A stretch of 64,000 bases of DNA, from assembly GCF_964355755.1 (NCBI RefSeq), contig NC_092675.1:3963812-4027811 (forward strand), given 5' to 3'. The DNA is from Antedon mediterranea. Its lineage: Eukaryota; Animalia; Echinodermata. Both the position numbers and the translations under genes were made by a program. The notes beneath the pieces were generated by a model. That model saw only the letters and a program-made list of their open reading frames with translations. It ran no database searches and had not been told where the DNA came from. This document shows positions 38,169 through 53,649 of the stretch, piece by piece (positions within the stretch are counted from its first letter, which is position 1; every line of letters starts with the position of its first letter).

Positions 38169-40807
38169 GGCGTACACTCGCACATGTAATGTACGTGCTC
38201 ACTCATCAGTGAAATTTGTGCGCCCACAGGTAGAACTAGATTAGCCGAAGTCGCTTGATTGGGAATTGTAATGGATATTCTGGGTTGAGTTCATCAAAAT
38301 AAGACTTGTAATTTATCTGCAATTGGATCTACGATTTTGCATTGACGCATTCGGACACACTTTTTCATTTGTTGTGTCATTCTGGCCTATTTTATTATTG
38401 ATTCTGTACACCATCAAAAAAAATTAAATTCAGATATCATCATTTTTACATATCATTAATTAGTATTCAATCTAGATTTAGAATAATTTCAAATCATCAT
38501 CATGAATAACAAACACATTACCAGGCTACAAAATTATCATTAAAAAATGATTTTGTTTTACAAAGAAATTATTAGTACTAGAATGATTTATAAGTTTAGA
38601 AAATTAATAAAATCTTTTGTTAATACATTTTGCAATTATAACATTTGTTTGAAATTTGATTTCCAAAAATGTAAAACTTGACGATAATTCATATTGTATA
38701 TTCTGGAATATTCTGGAATAGCCACCCCATAAATCTGTTATTTATAGCTTATAATATTATATTTCAAAACCATCATAAACAATATAACATAAGTTCCTTT
38801 GCAGCCAATAATTGAGGAACTCATTAACATAGGTTAAATAGACAGCCACAAGATATGTAAAATATAAAAAGTCAAAGTTGAAGTCCAGGTGACAGACACC
38901 CAAGTTCGACATTCATGTGGTAACCCACCAACACGTAGAAAGCAGTACAAGAACCAGGACTACTGTTTCCCCTTTACTTCTATGAGGATAAAATAACGCA
39001 TCATAATCCAAACAAATTAAAATCTTTCTACCAGACTAACGTTTATTGACATTCTAAAACCTGGACTTCATCAGTACTTCTATGACTGTATGAGTTGGTA
39101 CTGTAGGTACAGTGTACATTTGTTTGGAAATATTAGGCCTACCTAACGCACTTAAAGACACAAACAAATGGACATATATACAAGAGAATCAGAATTGACA
39201 ACTAAATGGACTCTTGGATTTTTTTATTACTAACATTTAAGAGCATCCAGGACATTACTCAATGTCTGAAGACTAATTATTATCCAATTAAAACACAGTT
39301 ATTCTTAAGTAACATAATTTCACTGCTATAAACTTGCTGTTAATAGACCAATGAAAGATTTGATTATTGCTGGAAATTGCACTTGTTTAAGGAGCATTGA
39401 ATTTGACTAAATACAGTGACACCTGAAGTATAAAACATTGGTAATTCTCAGAGTACAGGCAAATTTTAAAATAGACAGTAGCGAATCGCGAATCCAGTCA
39501 CGGGCAGCACCTTTTCAAACACAAAAGAGCAAAGTTGCCGAGTCCGTGTCTCTACCAATATTTACTGACCATATATGTTGCCTTGATTAACTTTCACCAA
39601 AATCTAGGTTAGACTTGTATTGCGCTTTATCTCCATGAATAAAAAATCACCCAAAAATAGAAATTAAATATTCTAATTCTCTAAGTGGAACCTATAGCTG
39701 CACATGTAGGCCTATAATCCACAAGCAACCCTCACACAACCTCTCACGCACCTTTTTTAATCCAGTCCAATAGACAAAATACAATTATTATTTGGTCAAT
39801 TATTTCATTCATAATCGTCTCTAGTGATTGTAAATTTTAAAATTTGATTTACAAACTTGGAGTTATGATTTATCGTTCTTTTTCTAAAATATGACAATAA
39901 TTCATCTTCCTGATAATATTAATACATCGTTTGAACCTGACCTCAATGTTAAATCCATATTTTTCTTTGCTCAAGGAATCCCATTATTGCCTAATGGCAT
40001 CCAAAGTATTTAAATCAAATTTGATCATAAAAAATGTACATTGCGAATGATTGTAGTTCATTTGATATAACAATGGACGCATAATGTGCATTAAGTGCAT
40101 GAAATTCGAGTCAGTTATGCTTCGAATGCGTAATAGTTAATTTTTGACGGTGTTAATTGGTTCTTAGTCTGCCCGGAATAAAGTGGTAGTGACAATCACG
40201 GTTTTGGTTTGTTTGTATTACACACATGCTTGCGTATACACGAACAAGACTGTCAAGAGGAAGCGTTTCCGTGTTTAAGCTCCTGAATACTGTCTCCCGG
40301 ATATGAGTTAGTTCTGATGTAATTAAAGCAGAGATGAATTAACTGGAGTGGCCATGCCATGCATATATATGTTTCTTTTAAAATATCCCAGATAAATTGT
40401 GACATGAACATATACATCTGAATGTTTGATAAGTTCTTATTACTACTAACCTGGCCACAAAAGCAGTGGCCACATTTTTATTGGAAATTTCCCTTAAAAT
40501 ATTCAAACTCGAAAACAGTAATATACTAATTTAGACAAACCGAAAAAGTTATAAGAAACTATAGGCTAATATTAAATTATATTTTTTGTGTTTATGATGT
40601 AAAAGATAAATTCTTAATATTTTTTCTGTATCGTAGTTATTTGAATTTAATCATGATTTTTGGTGTTTTTTTTCACCAGAAATAAAACTATAAATTAAAA
40701 ATTCAGTTGAGGAATCATGTGATCTTCATTTAAGTTTCAACCTAATTTTAAGCACTAACCTAAACATTAAAAATTTAATTCTAGGACCATAATGGATTTA
40801 TGAAAAT

Positions 40808-40867
40808 GTATCGAGTCGAATAAGTACCAGTGCAAGTATCGAGTCGAATAAGTACCAGTGCAAGTAT
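40808..40867. repeat. Exact 28-bp tandem duplication
   Basis: GTATCGAGTCGAATAAGTACCAGTGCAA twice. Confidence 0.95.
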
Positions 40868-42408
40868 ATATGCAAAGTGAGAGATCATTATGCCGCATTC
40901 TCAAAGAAGAATCTGGTCAAGTTAAGTTTTAAACTGAAATTATCTGCAATTTAATTTTACATACATCAAATAATGAATTGCTCAAATACGACTCTAAAGT
41001 GGCGCAGTTAAATAACAGAATATCACAAACACCGTAAGGCTTATTTGATCAATCAAAAGAGGAAGGGGAGTTGAAAGGCGGTAGAGAATCTAAAAATGTA
41101 AAAATCATTTGACAAAACAATTTGCAAAATAACGACGACTATAGATTACGATTAACACTGAAAAATGTCATAGTTTTCAAAATGTAAAACAAAAGAATTT
41201 AAGGCATTTGATGGCTGTTAGCGGTGCATTTCGAGAGATTTACACAGCACTACGAAACTCCTAACTAATTAATTGCCCGCTAGTAAATTCTTTGGGACAC
41301 TGTTCCCGTGATTGGCTTCAAATAAAAATTATGGACATTATCAGAATCTCTGTCAACGTTTTCTCGTTTTATTAAGCTTCACAAATGAGCAAGTTATAAA
41401 CCAGTTTGAATAAATTAAAACCAGGACGTTATGGTAAATGATGAAAAAAAAAATGTGCACATGGAGGATTCTATAAATACCAAGAATGGTTAAAAATCTA
41501 AATACCGACATGTCTTGGAAATGTTAATAATAAATCATCGCTAATTTGTTTCAAATAATACTGCAATGTTGTAATATAATACGTCATTTTGGAAAAAAGG
41601 GGCATAATTATATACATAATAGAATATTAATTACTTAATAAAGATAAAAAATTAATATTGAACTTGGTATACAATATTTGTAGCATAAAATTGTATGTAT
41701 TTTACTATTAATTAATCAATTGATTGATTAAATGTTCTAACTAGAATCAATAGATTCCTAAATGTATCTAAATCGTATAGCTAAATAACAAACTCTAAAC
41801 ATGCAGAAAGAAATGTGTTTTCAACTAAATATGTTTATCTATAATTAATATTTAATAGGCAAATAATTATATCTTCATTTTTTTGGCTAAAATTTAAACA
41901 AAAGGATAAAAAGAAAAAAACCTTTTTTAAATTAAGTTGTAAATGTGTGAGAAGCGAAGTGTTTAATCAACAGATGAAGAATTCGTTTTGATATGACAGC
42001 ACATTTCAATCAGCGTTGGTTGCAAATTACCAAACAACACTTCCTAAAACAATTTGCTTATCACACACCTGTAGAAGCCGGTTTATTCTATTACAACGTG
42101 TATGTCCATACATACAAATTGATGTTCCGTTTATGTATTAAAAACAACATAAATATGTCGCTTCTTATCATGTAATATTACAGGACAAAATCAGTCAGTC
42201 TACTTCTTGTAGATATTTATGTTTTAGCTAAATAAACCATCAAGTACACTGAACAATATATATTTGTATATATTATTTCAATTGGTATAGGTTTGTATAA
42301 AAATTTGCATAAAAAACAATTATTACCAATTGGCACAAGATAAACGATTTTCACAAAATATAAAGAAATTTCAATTTAAATAAAAGTGTAAAATAAAAAG
42401 TAACATGA

Positions 42409-42564
42409 AAAAGAAAACTTTAAAATTAGTTTATAAAAAAAATGACATCAAATTGTATATTTTGCTGATTCCATTCATCGAAATGTAAAAAAAAAATGGA
42501 ATCAACAAAAAATACAATTTGTAGTCTTTTTTTCTTTTTTAAACAAATTTAAAAGTTTTCTTTT
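42409..42564. repeat. AT-rich imperfect foldback (long inverted repeat)
   Basis: AAAAGAAAACTTT...CAAATTGTATATTTTGCTGATTCCATT pairs with AATGGAATCAACAAAAAATACAATTTG...AAAGTTTTCTTTT. Confidence 0.75.
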
Positions 42565-45500
42565 AAAGTTTTCCTTTATGTATTTTAGAAACAAAAATCT
42601 TATGTTGTCAATTTATTTGAAGATAAAGTTTAGTTTTCCTCAATTTGTTTATTTCACACAGTTATATCTAAATTTAAACCAAAGTATTTCAACCTGTTGT
42701 TAATTGTGCCAGCTTTTAGTGTTTTCAGTCCAAGTATTGTTATATAAAAAAGTTTTAAAAATAACCAGCAATGCTATTTTATTGTGTGAAGCAATTTATC
42801 CCATTGAAATATATTACCCACTCTAATAATAAGACCCCAAGGAAACATGAAATTGCAATAAAGATACAAGTCATTAAAACCTAGATTACAAAACTATAGT
42901 ACTATCAAAACTACTAATGTCCGGACAACTAATAATCATTTTTTTATGACCTTAATGTCTTTGTACATTTACTGGCATTTATGTATTTTATTTCAGATCA
43001 ATTAACGAATAAGATGAGCTAACAAACCATCTCTTGTAAAGATGTTTTCAACCAAGTGATAAATCTTGACAAATACTTTCACCTGCCTCACTTAATGGCC
43101 TTTGCTGGCAAATTGCCAATTAAAAAGTTCTACATCAATAACTCATGAATAATTCATAAGTTGGGTGATTGTGATTGGTTAAAATAATAATGTTTTATGA
43201 TGATTTTTTTTTGGTCACACATTCAACAAATTAATAGTCTCCTCTCTGTCATCAATGTCAATAAAAGGTTACTTTAGTATTCAATTTAACTCAACCAATT
43301 AATTTATACATGGACAAATATTTAAATGATTCAAACAGATAATTAAAAAAGTAAATTGGTACTGATATTAACAAGATAATTATTACAAATTTGTTATTCA
43401 TTTGTATTTTTCAACATTGCATATTGGTTGTTGTTTTATGACAATGTAATTTGATTTTTGTAACTGCAGTCCCAAAGAAAGAATTGTCAAAATCTCAAAT
43501 AGTGTGTTACTATTTAAAATGGATTGTGAAAACTAGACATTCTAGAAAACACAGAGATTATTGGCTAGCCCATTTATTTATTTTAATTTTATTTATTCTT
43601 TCTTTTGACTGGATTGCATTTTCAGCAACATAGTACTGCTTTTTCAAAATGGTCCAGTTACAAGGTTTCTAAGTAAAGACAAGTTATAACATAAATACGG
43701 AAAAAAAGAAAGATATATACAGAAAAGTTAAAAACACATTTTCTTTTGTATAAAAGACATACATACATACATACAAAGTTTAAAAAAAGTAGATAAAAAA
43801 TTGATGTCCAGTTGAATTACAGTAGTAGAAAAAGTATTAGTGTATTTAAGAACGTACCTCACTTATTATACTTTTTCCTTTTCGTCTAAAATACAAACAA
43901 ATAGTAAAGCAATACAAAAGGAACAGTTTGTAAGATTTGTCAAATTTTCCATTATGTTTCTCAAATTGTGTAGTTAATTTGCACTGGTGAAAGATTGTAT
44001 GAAGACATGTTCACAAGATTTCAACAAGAACTGTTTTGAGAAAGATTGAAATTGACTGACACGCGCTAATTAGTGTCATGTAAATCATTGTAAACGTTCT
44101 CCTTTCACCGATATTCTAATACAAAAATCACCTATTACAAAATGGCAGTAAATATAACATCAGAAGTGTATCGACCATTGTGGTTATTTACTATCATCCT
44201 GAAATTATGCATTGTAGGGGGAAAATTCTGGGAGGTAGAACAGGGGCATGCTGCTCCCTTTTGACAGCTAAAATACAAATAAACTAAATTTTCAAATCAA
44301 TTTTTGACAGACTATTAATATTGTATGTTAATGTTTCTCCATTTGGATTCACTTTCGATTGTCAGTCCCAGATTATATATATAAATCAGTTGGCAGTGGT
44401 TTTTATTATTCAATATGCCTGCCACTTATGGAGCCAACAACAAATTTGGCATTTAAACATTTCAAATTATAATAAAAATCACACCTAAGGCACCGACTGA
44501 CTGTATTTTAAAACATAAATAGTTTCCTAAAATCTTAAAATGATTTAACAAATTGTAACAAAACTTTAGATATTTCACCAAACCTCTATTAAACTATTTT
44601 TTTCTTCTAAATTTACTGTCACATGTAATTAGTATTAGTTACCAGGTACAGATACGGATAAGCCCAAATGGAAAATTTCTAATAGATTATATTAAAACCT
44701 TGTTAATGGAAATTTAATCATAAGAATATTTTTGCGGCTTTTTAATGACGTGGGTGTAATAGTTACAAGACGTACTTTCAAAAAACCTGTCAGTTTTTAA
44801 CAATAAACAAGGATATGTTTTATTTGAATGGACAAATGCAGATTGATTTTGTTTCATGTTTCACTACAAACAAAATTACAGCAATATAATTCATCAAACA
44901 GTGGTTACAGAATCCTTGATGAAACCTCAATTTACGTTTAACAGAATGAGTTTTTTTATTTGAATTTTCCACAAACGCATCATTCGATTGTTTAACAGTG
45001 ACAGAAAAATTAATGTTACTTAACTTGTTCATATTTACAAAGCTACGACGACCTACATTTCACATTGTTACCAAGATTATTTAAATAAAGTTGTTCGGCT
45101 ATATTTGTTGTAACTGTCTATTTAAAGTTGTAAAGCTATTAAATATATTACTGATATTTTACTAAACTCAAAAGACTGTCAAATATATAACTCAGATTCT
45201 AATCTATAAAGATTTTCTATTTGAATATTTATATTTTAGTCATTTAATTAATGTGTCCCATATTTTTCAGTATTAAAGCAATTTTAATCATTTAGATATA
45301 ATAATAATGTTGATGACAATGTAGTTTATTCAAGTAAATTAGGATTTACATAGATAACAGTAACACATTTACGGTATGCCGATTTAACAATAAGAAAAAG
45401 ATATATATTTATAAATTATCAGTAAAAAAATGTATTTAAAAAAAGTATCAAATTTAATGCTGTTGATTTTTTTGGTCATTTTTAACTTTTTTTTTTATGG

Positions 45501-47287
45501 GCGAGACAAGTACCCACTTTTAGTTAGGCCACACGATAATAATGCTTTTCATATCTTTTTTTACATATTGCATATATAACTATTAAAGACAATTAGAATC
45601 CTCCACGGTTTAAATTATAGAGGCTCTCAGATCCACTAGTGCCCCATAAGGTGACACAGAGCACAACTAACATGTTAGACTTTTCTCTTTTATTAACAAA
45701 AACCTTGTTATAGCATAATGTATACATAATGGCTGTACAAATCGGTGGAGCTTATAAAATGTGCAGAGATATAGTGTTAAAGTTTAAATCCTACATACAA
45801 AATCTCCGTTATTAATAGTTAAAGGTGATTTTAGCTGGGCAAAATTCAGAATTTATTTGAATGATTCTTTTACTAGCATCAGTTAAACTGACACAAATGC
45901 CATCCCTCAAGATTTATATAATACTTTACACTTTATATAACTTTAAATTGCTTTAGACATAAAAGATAATCATTTAAGGCTTTCAGTAATCAAATAAAAG
46001 TACAATTAAGTATGGGAGGTTTTGTATTCATTGCCCGTCGTTAGTATGATCTTACTTAATTCTGAGAATAACGATTACATGCTATATGTCAAGTGAATAA
46101 AGAGGGACATGACCTAACCTATTTACTGCTAACCTTATGCAATATCACAACCTACATAAAATAGTTCCTAAGGCCAACAAAATAGCATATCTAATACAAT
46201 TTTAAAATTCAACATTTTTAAGGTAAAATAAAATGCACATGATTGATTGATTGATTGGAAATGGGTGTACAATTAATAAAAACCTTGAAAGAGTAAAGAG
46301 TACAGTTTTATTATTTTGCAAATTTATCAAAATATTTGCAGCAGGATTATGTGAAGTGTTTCGGAAATGACTACAAATTTCACAATTTTACATCATCATC
46401 CATTTGCGTGAACTTAAAGCTGCATCATGGACAATGTGTGGTATAATGATTTGTATACAGTAAAAATTTATCATAGAAAAAATACATTAATGCATTTCAA
46501 AACAAATTTTTATTTTAAAAATGGAATTTTATTGTCACATAAAAGAGCAACACTTCTTGACCAAAACTGGATCGAATGAAAAAATTATTTACCTGAAAAG
46601 GCATAATTTTAAGAAAAACAAACAATCCACCAGGAGGCCCATTTTTTGTCAGACAAAGGGATTTTGGGGGTGTTTTTTTTTAAATGATGTTGTCTTTTTA
46701 TAAGTGATTTAATCATTTTTTCTGCATGGTTAACATTTTACTTCAAGAAAATGCAATTCTTAAATTAACTATTCATTTTTATTTACTTTGGTTTATACAT
46801 GAAATAATCTAACCGAGTCCATTATCATCAGTAAATATTTAAAACATCAATAAAGCAAACTCCACATTAAAATCAATAATTAGCTTGCAAACATTATTGC
46901 TATATAAATATACATTCATTTAAAATGTATTATTTATAAAGTATAGTATTGACTTAGGTAGAAGGCAAAGCCCAGCATTTTTCATCCAAATGTAATGGAA
47001 GATTTAATGTGGAAAGGCATTTAATGTTAGAGGGAGATCCCACTATTTAAAAATTCTTGAGAGTGGAAATTGGTTAGTTAGAGAATGAGGAAGTTAAAAT
47101 GCTTTTGGCAACACCACATATATTTATCTTCAGGGAGTTTACAAAACTGGATGGTAAGATGATGATGACTGCAAAATGACACTCACCAATGACTGTGTAC
47201 ATAACATTGTTTCTCATTATTTTTATTGTGGATTGAGCAACCACCAATCATTGTCCTCCTACCATCTTATTTTGTAAACTAATTTTT

Positions 47288-48056
47288 AACAAGGCCAACA
47301 GCCATTAAGTCGCGTGCTACAATGCATAGTGATACCGGACCGACAGACAGACCGACAGACAGACCGACAGACCGACCGACAGACAGACCGACAGACCGAC
47401 AGACAGACAGACATAGTGAACTATACTGACCGAAATTACTGAACATGTTTAAAAATGTTGAAATGTTTAAAAACATTTATATTTTTTAAATTTGCACGTG
47501 AGTAGCCTGTCACTTTTGACGTGCTCGTATAACGTAATTTCTAGTTGAAAAGTAAGTCAAGAAAACAGAAATCGGGCAAAAATCTGCGCACTCATGGCAA
47601 TTTTGTAAATGCTTAAAATTGCCTGAAACGTACTCTTATTTCATCGAAAATAAATTTTGAAAATGTTAAGCGCATGTGTTACATGCGCTACGCACGTAAT
47701 TGTATTGCCATATGATGATTTATGCCCTGAAATTTATGAGTACCAAATTTTATTTAATTGTGATTCATGGTTGTGAAAATATGATTACAAACGTGATTTC
47801 GTTAAATCGTGCGTAGACCGCATAATTTTTTATTGCGCACCGTGAAAACATAACCACATCGATTCCTGGCCATAAGGAATATACTGTGAAAAATTGACTT
47901 AGCTAGATTAAACTGATATCAAGATAAGGTCAGAAAGCGATAACACGGATAGTGATACCGGACCGACAGACAGACAGACCGACAGACCGACAGACAGACC
48001 GACAGACAGACCGACCGACATAGTGAACTATAGAGTCGCGTCCACGCGACTAAAAA
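47288..48056 (-). mobile_element. Helentron-associated / DINE-1-like non-autonomous element, apparently full length
   Basis: Minus strand begins TTTTTAGTCGCGTGGACGCGACT (subTIR and palindrome), has two (GTCT/GTCG)n microsatellite cores, and ends GCACGCGACT, short hairpin GGCTGTTGGCC, TTGTT. Confidence 0.85.
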
Positions 48057-51000
48057 TGTTAAACTTTCTGCTAAAAGATGACCGTGTCTCATCCTAACAT
48101 AATATTTTGAAGACATTTCAACATTGATGCTTCACAAACTCAAAATATGTATTGTCTGTTTTTGTTTGGAAAAATTCAATGTTAATATACTTTTTAATCT
48201 TTATTAAAAAATATTACTACTGTATATTATACTAACAATTTTTTTTCAAAGAAAAACAATTCTGAAAAAATAAAAATATTCTGAAAGGTGGAAGGAACGA
48301 TCTGTTTACTAGGATGTCACACGAAAGATCACTAAAATGATGGATAGCGTAGATCAATCTATATAATTATCTATACACCGAAATAAAGCCACATGCTAAT
48401 TAATCTCGCCACCATCGCAACATTTGCAAGAATTTGTTGTCATTGCGAGACAGATTAAAAATCCCCTGAAATTCGATCAATTCTGATTGATAAGGTGCTT
48501 TTGGCAAGGCTAAAGGTCTGAGTGGGATTTGTTTCGATTGTGCTACCACCTTGAGTCTTCTTCAGAAGCTCTTGAGTAGATGCCACGCCTCGAGGCAAAC
48601 CAATCACCACCTCAAAGCTAAGGGTTAGATTAGTCCTTTGGGCATTGTTGGCGTATAATAACAACGTAACAACGACGTATGATATAAAATACACTGATAG
48701 ACAAAACATTTCTTGCTTCATTTTATTATCTACTTATATTAAACAAATGCCTGTTCATTAATACTCATCAATAGGTTAAAAGGTAAGAAAAAAGTATACA
48801 AATTCCTAGAAGGATGTTTCAGTAGTGATTACCCTAGCAACACAACTTCTTAGGGTATATTTAAACCTGCACAAAGTTTGTATAGTATTTTAGTGGTCCA
48901 ATTAATTGTGTCGTAACCAGGTGTTCTTACTCTGCCGTCAAGCTGGCTTAACAGTGAAAATTATTCTGCTAGCAATTTGTATGAATTTGATTGGTTGTTG
49001 GTCATTAAGGTCTTTCATATTTTCAGTGTCATACCTTAATCTGGAAACTTTAGCTTAACAAAATTTAGATCTGTTTTGTAGTAGGGGGTGAGCATTGAGA
49101 CTAATGTACTGTATACTACTGTGCCTGGAAAGTGTAAAAATAAATGGAAAAATGTGTTTTTCGATTTAGCTTACCTTCCAGGTGTGGTAGAGCAAAAATA
49201 AGTCAATAAAATTGTTTTTATAGCTTTTATTTATAAAAAAAATACATTTGTTTTTCCAAGGTTGTATATTATTATTATTTTTTCTTTATTTTGTGTTTTT
49301 TTAAATGTTCAGTTTTACTACTCTAATAACCATTAAGTAAAATAATGATATATCAAAACACCTGTAAACTAAAATTCTTCCGGTTTAAAATATAAAATAT
49401 GTAAGAAAAAGATGCTTAATTAAAAACATTAACAAACATCTGCAAATATTGATCAGGTAATTTTCCTTGAAAACTAATGATTATTACGGGAAGAAACATT
49501 TTGTTTACGTCCTAATATATTTTGCTGTTTCATTAAGATTTTAGAAAAACTTTAAACAAGAGTATGCAATAGTATTACTTACTGTACCTGGATTGTCCAT
49601 TTTTTTGTTTATTTTTACACTCCTTTCTATCTTTTTTTTTTGTCTTGTGTGTCACGTTTATTTAAATTCTCATTGATGAATATATTATATACATATAAGT
49701 ATACATTTTTGACAATTAAAAGTAAGTGTTTAAAGTTGTTAAAATACAGGTATATTTACATAATAAGATGCCAGAATTCAGTATTAACCATATATTTTCT
49801 CATTTAAAATTTTAGATACGATGTTAATTAAAATGTAGAAATGAAAAATGGCGGTAAAATACATGATTAAAATTTTCTTGTTAAACTATCTTATTTGTGT
49901 TCTTATTTGTGTTCGAGTAGAGAGGCTATAAACTCAGGGGAGGAAAATGTAGTATCCTCCCTTTTCACCAAGATAAGATGGATGGAATGAAAAAAGAGGA
50001 ATGCAATAGGTTGAAAGTTAGTTATTTAGAATGATAGCATGAAATGGTATATTTAATGAAAACCGTAAGGTTAGAGTCCATACACTGTGCAGGTCCAAGA
50101 TGCAATTTTGGCTCTGTGTGTATGTGAGACACTTCATACCCTTTCTATCTTAGTAAAATACCTAAAGACAAAAATGCATGCTTTAAAAACCTATATAACC
50201 TAAATTGTGTGATCTTGTCTTATTTTTTTTTAAATCAATACATATTTGAAAACAGTGTTTTACTATGTTTTTAAATTACTTTTGATATGAAAAGATAAAG
50301 CTAAATTAGCAAAGGATTTAATAGACTTTACCCATTCTTCAGATCTCATAATTGAATACGCTCATTATTTTCACTTTTGGAAAATTCCGACAGATGGAAA
50401 TTTAGATTAAAGTTAAATGTAATTGAAATAACAATATTAATAACAATAAAGCTTTATATCAAAGGCACACAATTGTATTGTTGAAATGCTCACAGTAAGC
50501 CGAACTGATTGCTAAATAATGTGCGGAAATGTTGTCACTATTTACGTGTGAAAACACAAGATTGTATATTTTAAAATGATTGTGTTTTCTTATAAATGAG
50601 TACAATTGCAATAAAATGGATTTCTGCAAACAAATTAAATACTTGTAGTAATGATTTCAGTGTAATTTCCTCTTCATCATAAGACTACTTCAATTCATAT
50701 TTAGCTTGTTTTAAATCATAAATTGTAAGTGTTCCAACTTAAATCAGTTAAACTGAACACACCTGCCGCACAACGCAACAAAGACATTTTTCAATTACAA
50801 TTTTTTCGTAACATCCTCAATATTAGTATTTTTCTGCATAAACATCGTCACACAATTACGCAGTCTATCATTGTCAAATAAATAATAATACCGCTTTTTT
50901 GCTATGCATCATTAATTCACAGATTTATTTCACACATCACTTGAATGACAGCTGTATATAAAATATAAATATAGTTTTTGCTTCATATTTTTAAGGATCA

Positions 51001-53649
51001 ATTATTAGGTATATATGAATACCAAGGCAAAATTAAACTTAAGTGGAGATAAAAATTGTAAATCTAAAATAATGAGAGGAAATCCTGATTCAATGTTTTG
51101 ATATAACACTCTCTCTCTCACTTAACTTAATTCACAAAAATTGAAAAGGGAAGTTCCCTGAGGTAGGAGATTTGATACGACTGCAAAATAAAAGTATAAC
51201 AGGGTTGCTACAATATATTATCCTGCTGTACTGAAAGAAATTTTGTTTGGAAAGAGGGAAATATGCTATAGACTACAGAACCTACTCCCTCAAGCTTGAA
51301 AGTATATCGTACATATCTTTTCCCACTAGCCAACACCCAGAGCGAGTCCACGAAAAAGGAAAATATAAACTTCTGACTGTCTGTAGTATTTTCTTGCTAA
51401 AAACATATTTAATTTGATTGACTGATAGACATAATCTGGGTTCACACTCATCCTTTCATAATTGATAGGACTACTTAAGTGGACATGTCAATATTTTCTA
51501 CAAGTGTTCCCCGATGGGTAATGAATACTGAAATATCACCATACTAATTAAACTCTTCGATCTCTCGGTTCATCTTTAACTCCTCTACAAATTGGATATG
51601 AAAATAGCTTTGAATTTTTACATGTATCTCTGATGAAAAGTGTGGTATTTTTACTGAAAGTGTGTGCTTAATATTTCACAAATCAATCATGGTCAATAAT
51701 ACCTTCTGTTTAAATCGATACTATAGGTTCTGTTTTCTGCAAAGTTTAAAGATACACTATCTCTTTTCAAATCTTACAAGATATTGAAAAATTAAAAAAA
51801 AAGAATTTTAATTGCAGTTGTACCATGTAGAAAAACTAATATTACAAACATCAGGTAGTAAGATGTGTTATATCACTGCCATACTTTTCAATATTAGTTC
51901 TATCATTTTAAACATTTACCAAATAACAAACATAAACCCCAAAAAACCATCATCCTTTTCACAGAAACCTGCTGTTAATCTCATGAGTTTTCAGTTTTTT
52001 TCCCCTCACTCTTCTTATATTAATCATAATGATCATTATCATTATACTAAATGATTACATCCGTATAATCATTTTTGTTTTCAAATAACCACATTAATTA
52101 TAAAATCCATTAACAATATTACCAGAAGGTCAAAATCAATAACACTAAAATGTCCTGAGGCCTGCTATTCTCTACAATATCAACAAACACATTCAAACAG
52201 TATTATTCAATACATGCTATTACCAAGAAAAAACCCCATTTCACAGTTAAAATGATTGTGAACTTCTGAACCTCAAAGCCTGACCATCAGTTTGATAATT
52301 ATGGCTACAAATCTCAAGATAGTTAAACCCCAACTACTTATTGACCATCGTTATTAAGAAAATTAGGCAAAGTATTAAAATTTAAATGAATCGCCATTAA
52401 TCTATACAGAATACTTTCCTATTACGTCTCTAATGATTTGTGCGACAAGATTCAAAGGACACTACAAGAAGTATTTAATCTCATTGCATTAAGCCTCCGT
52501 TGAGGAAATGGGCCAAAAGAAAGACCACGCAATGCTGAAGCTTTAGTTAAATGCATGCTGATAATCTCCACCATTAAAAATGGGCTATTCTCGTATATTA
52601 CAAAGTTGTTAAGAAGGTGTGTAGTACAAAACAAGCAATCTATAGGAAATTTGAATGGGTATCTAAAAGGTTTTTATCTCCAAACTCATGAAGATAAAAG
52701 ACACGTTCGATAATGAAGTGTAAACAACACGAACCATAAACATCAGTGATTTTACATTGCTGTTTGCGATTTTTTAACAGATAACAAATTTAATTTACAT
52801 TGTTGTAATACTTACTTTGTATAAATGCTGACTCTATTTTTATTTATTATGATTAATGTTTTGATTTATGTTTGATATGTATGTTGTTTGAACATTAAAA
52901 ACTTAGTGGGATTAAGTCCATGAATTTGTTTTACTATTATCTATTTAAAAACACCATACAATACAACATATTTGTAAATGGTTTTATTCATTAGTAATGT
53001 TTTCTATTTTGGAATATTGCGTACCGAGAAATATCAGGAATAGGGATAAGGACAGAATAGAGAGGGTGTTGGGCCGGAAAAGTAATCGATTCTTAAGTTG
53101 AGAAACTTGACTCACTCTGTGTCCATGAATGACACAGATCATTCACAGTTTAAAATTATGGGTGCCGTTAAATTGTCAATAGAATAAGGAACACATTGAC
53201 TGTTATAATTACTCTTTCTGCTCAGCTAAAAGGAGAGTAAACATTTTCCTTAATGTCAGTTGAGCAACGTTCATAAAAGAGTTTGTGTTTTCATTGGGAT
53301 TTAATATGGGTATTTTCATTAACAGTAATAATCAACTCTTTTCCAAAACCAGATACTCATGGGTTGGATTTGGATTTCCTGAAGTCTGGTTGACTGAACG
53401 CAATTCACTGCTGTTGTCCATCATCTAAGCATATTCGATCAGGATAAGATAGAAGTAGCGAGAAAAATATCATCACAATTCATTCATTCATCTTTTATTT
53501 CGGAAAAAAAAAATTAATTCTCCATAGCTCAAGAACAAAGGATGAAGTAGATTGGATAAAAGAAGAGCAAATTCATGAATAAATTTTGTGACAATATTGT
53601 CTGACCTCCCCAACCTGCACAACATGCCATATACCACCTTACGTTATAG

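Noticed and set aside
38879-39075. 12-bp inverted repeat (TGAAGTCCAGGT) with adjacent CTGATGA on the minus strand
   Set aside because: No TSD, no second copy and no GAAA core; a match of this length could arise by chance.
48530-48570. Hammerhead-like core on the minus strand (CTGAAGA...CGAAAC)
   Set aside because: Stem II pairs poorly and I found no stem I/III or cleavage triplet; the overlapping 88-aa ORF has no recognisable domain.
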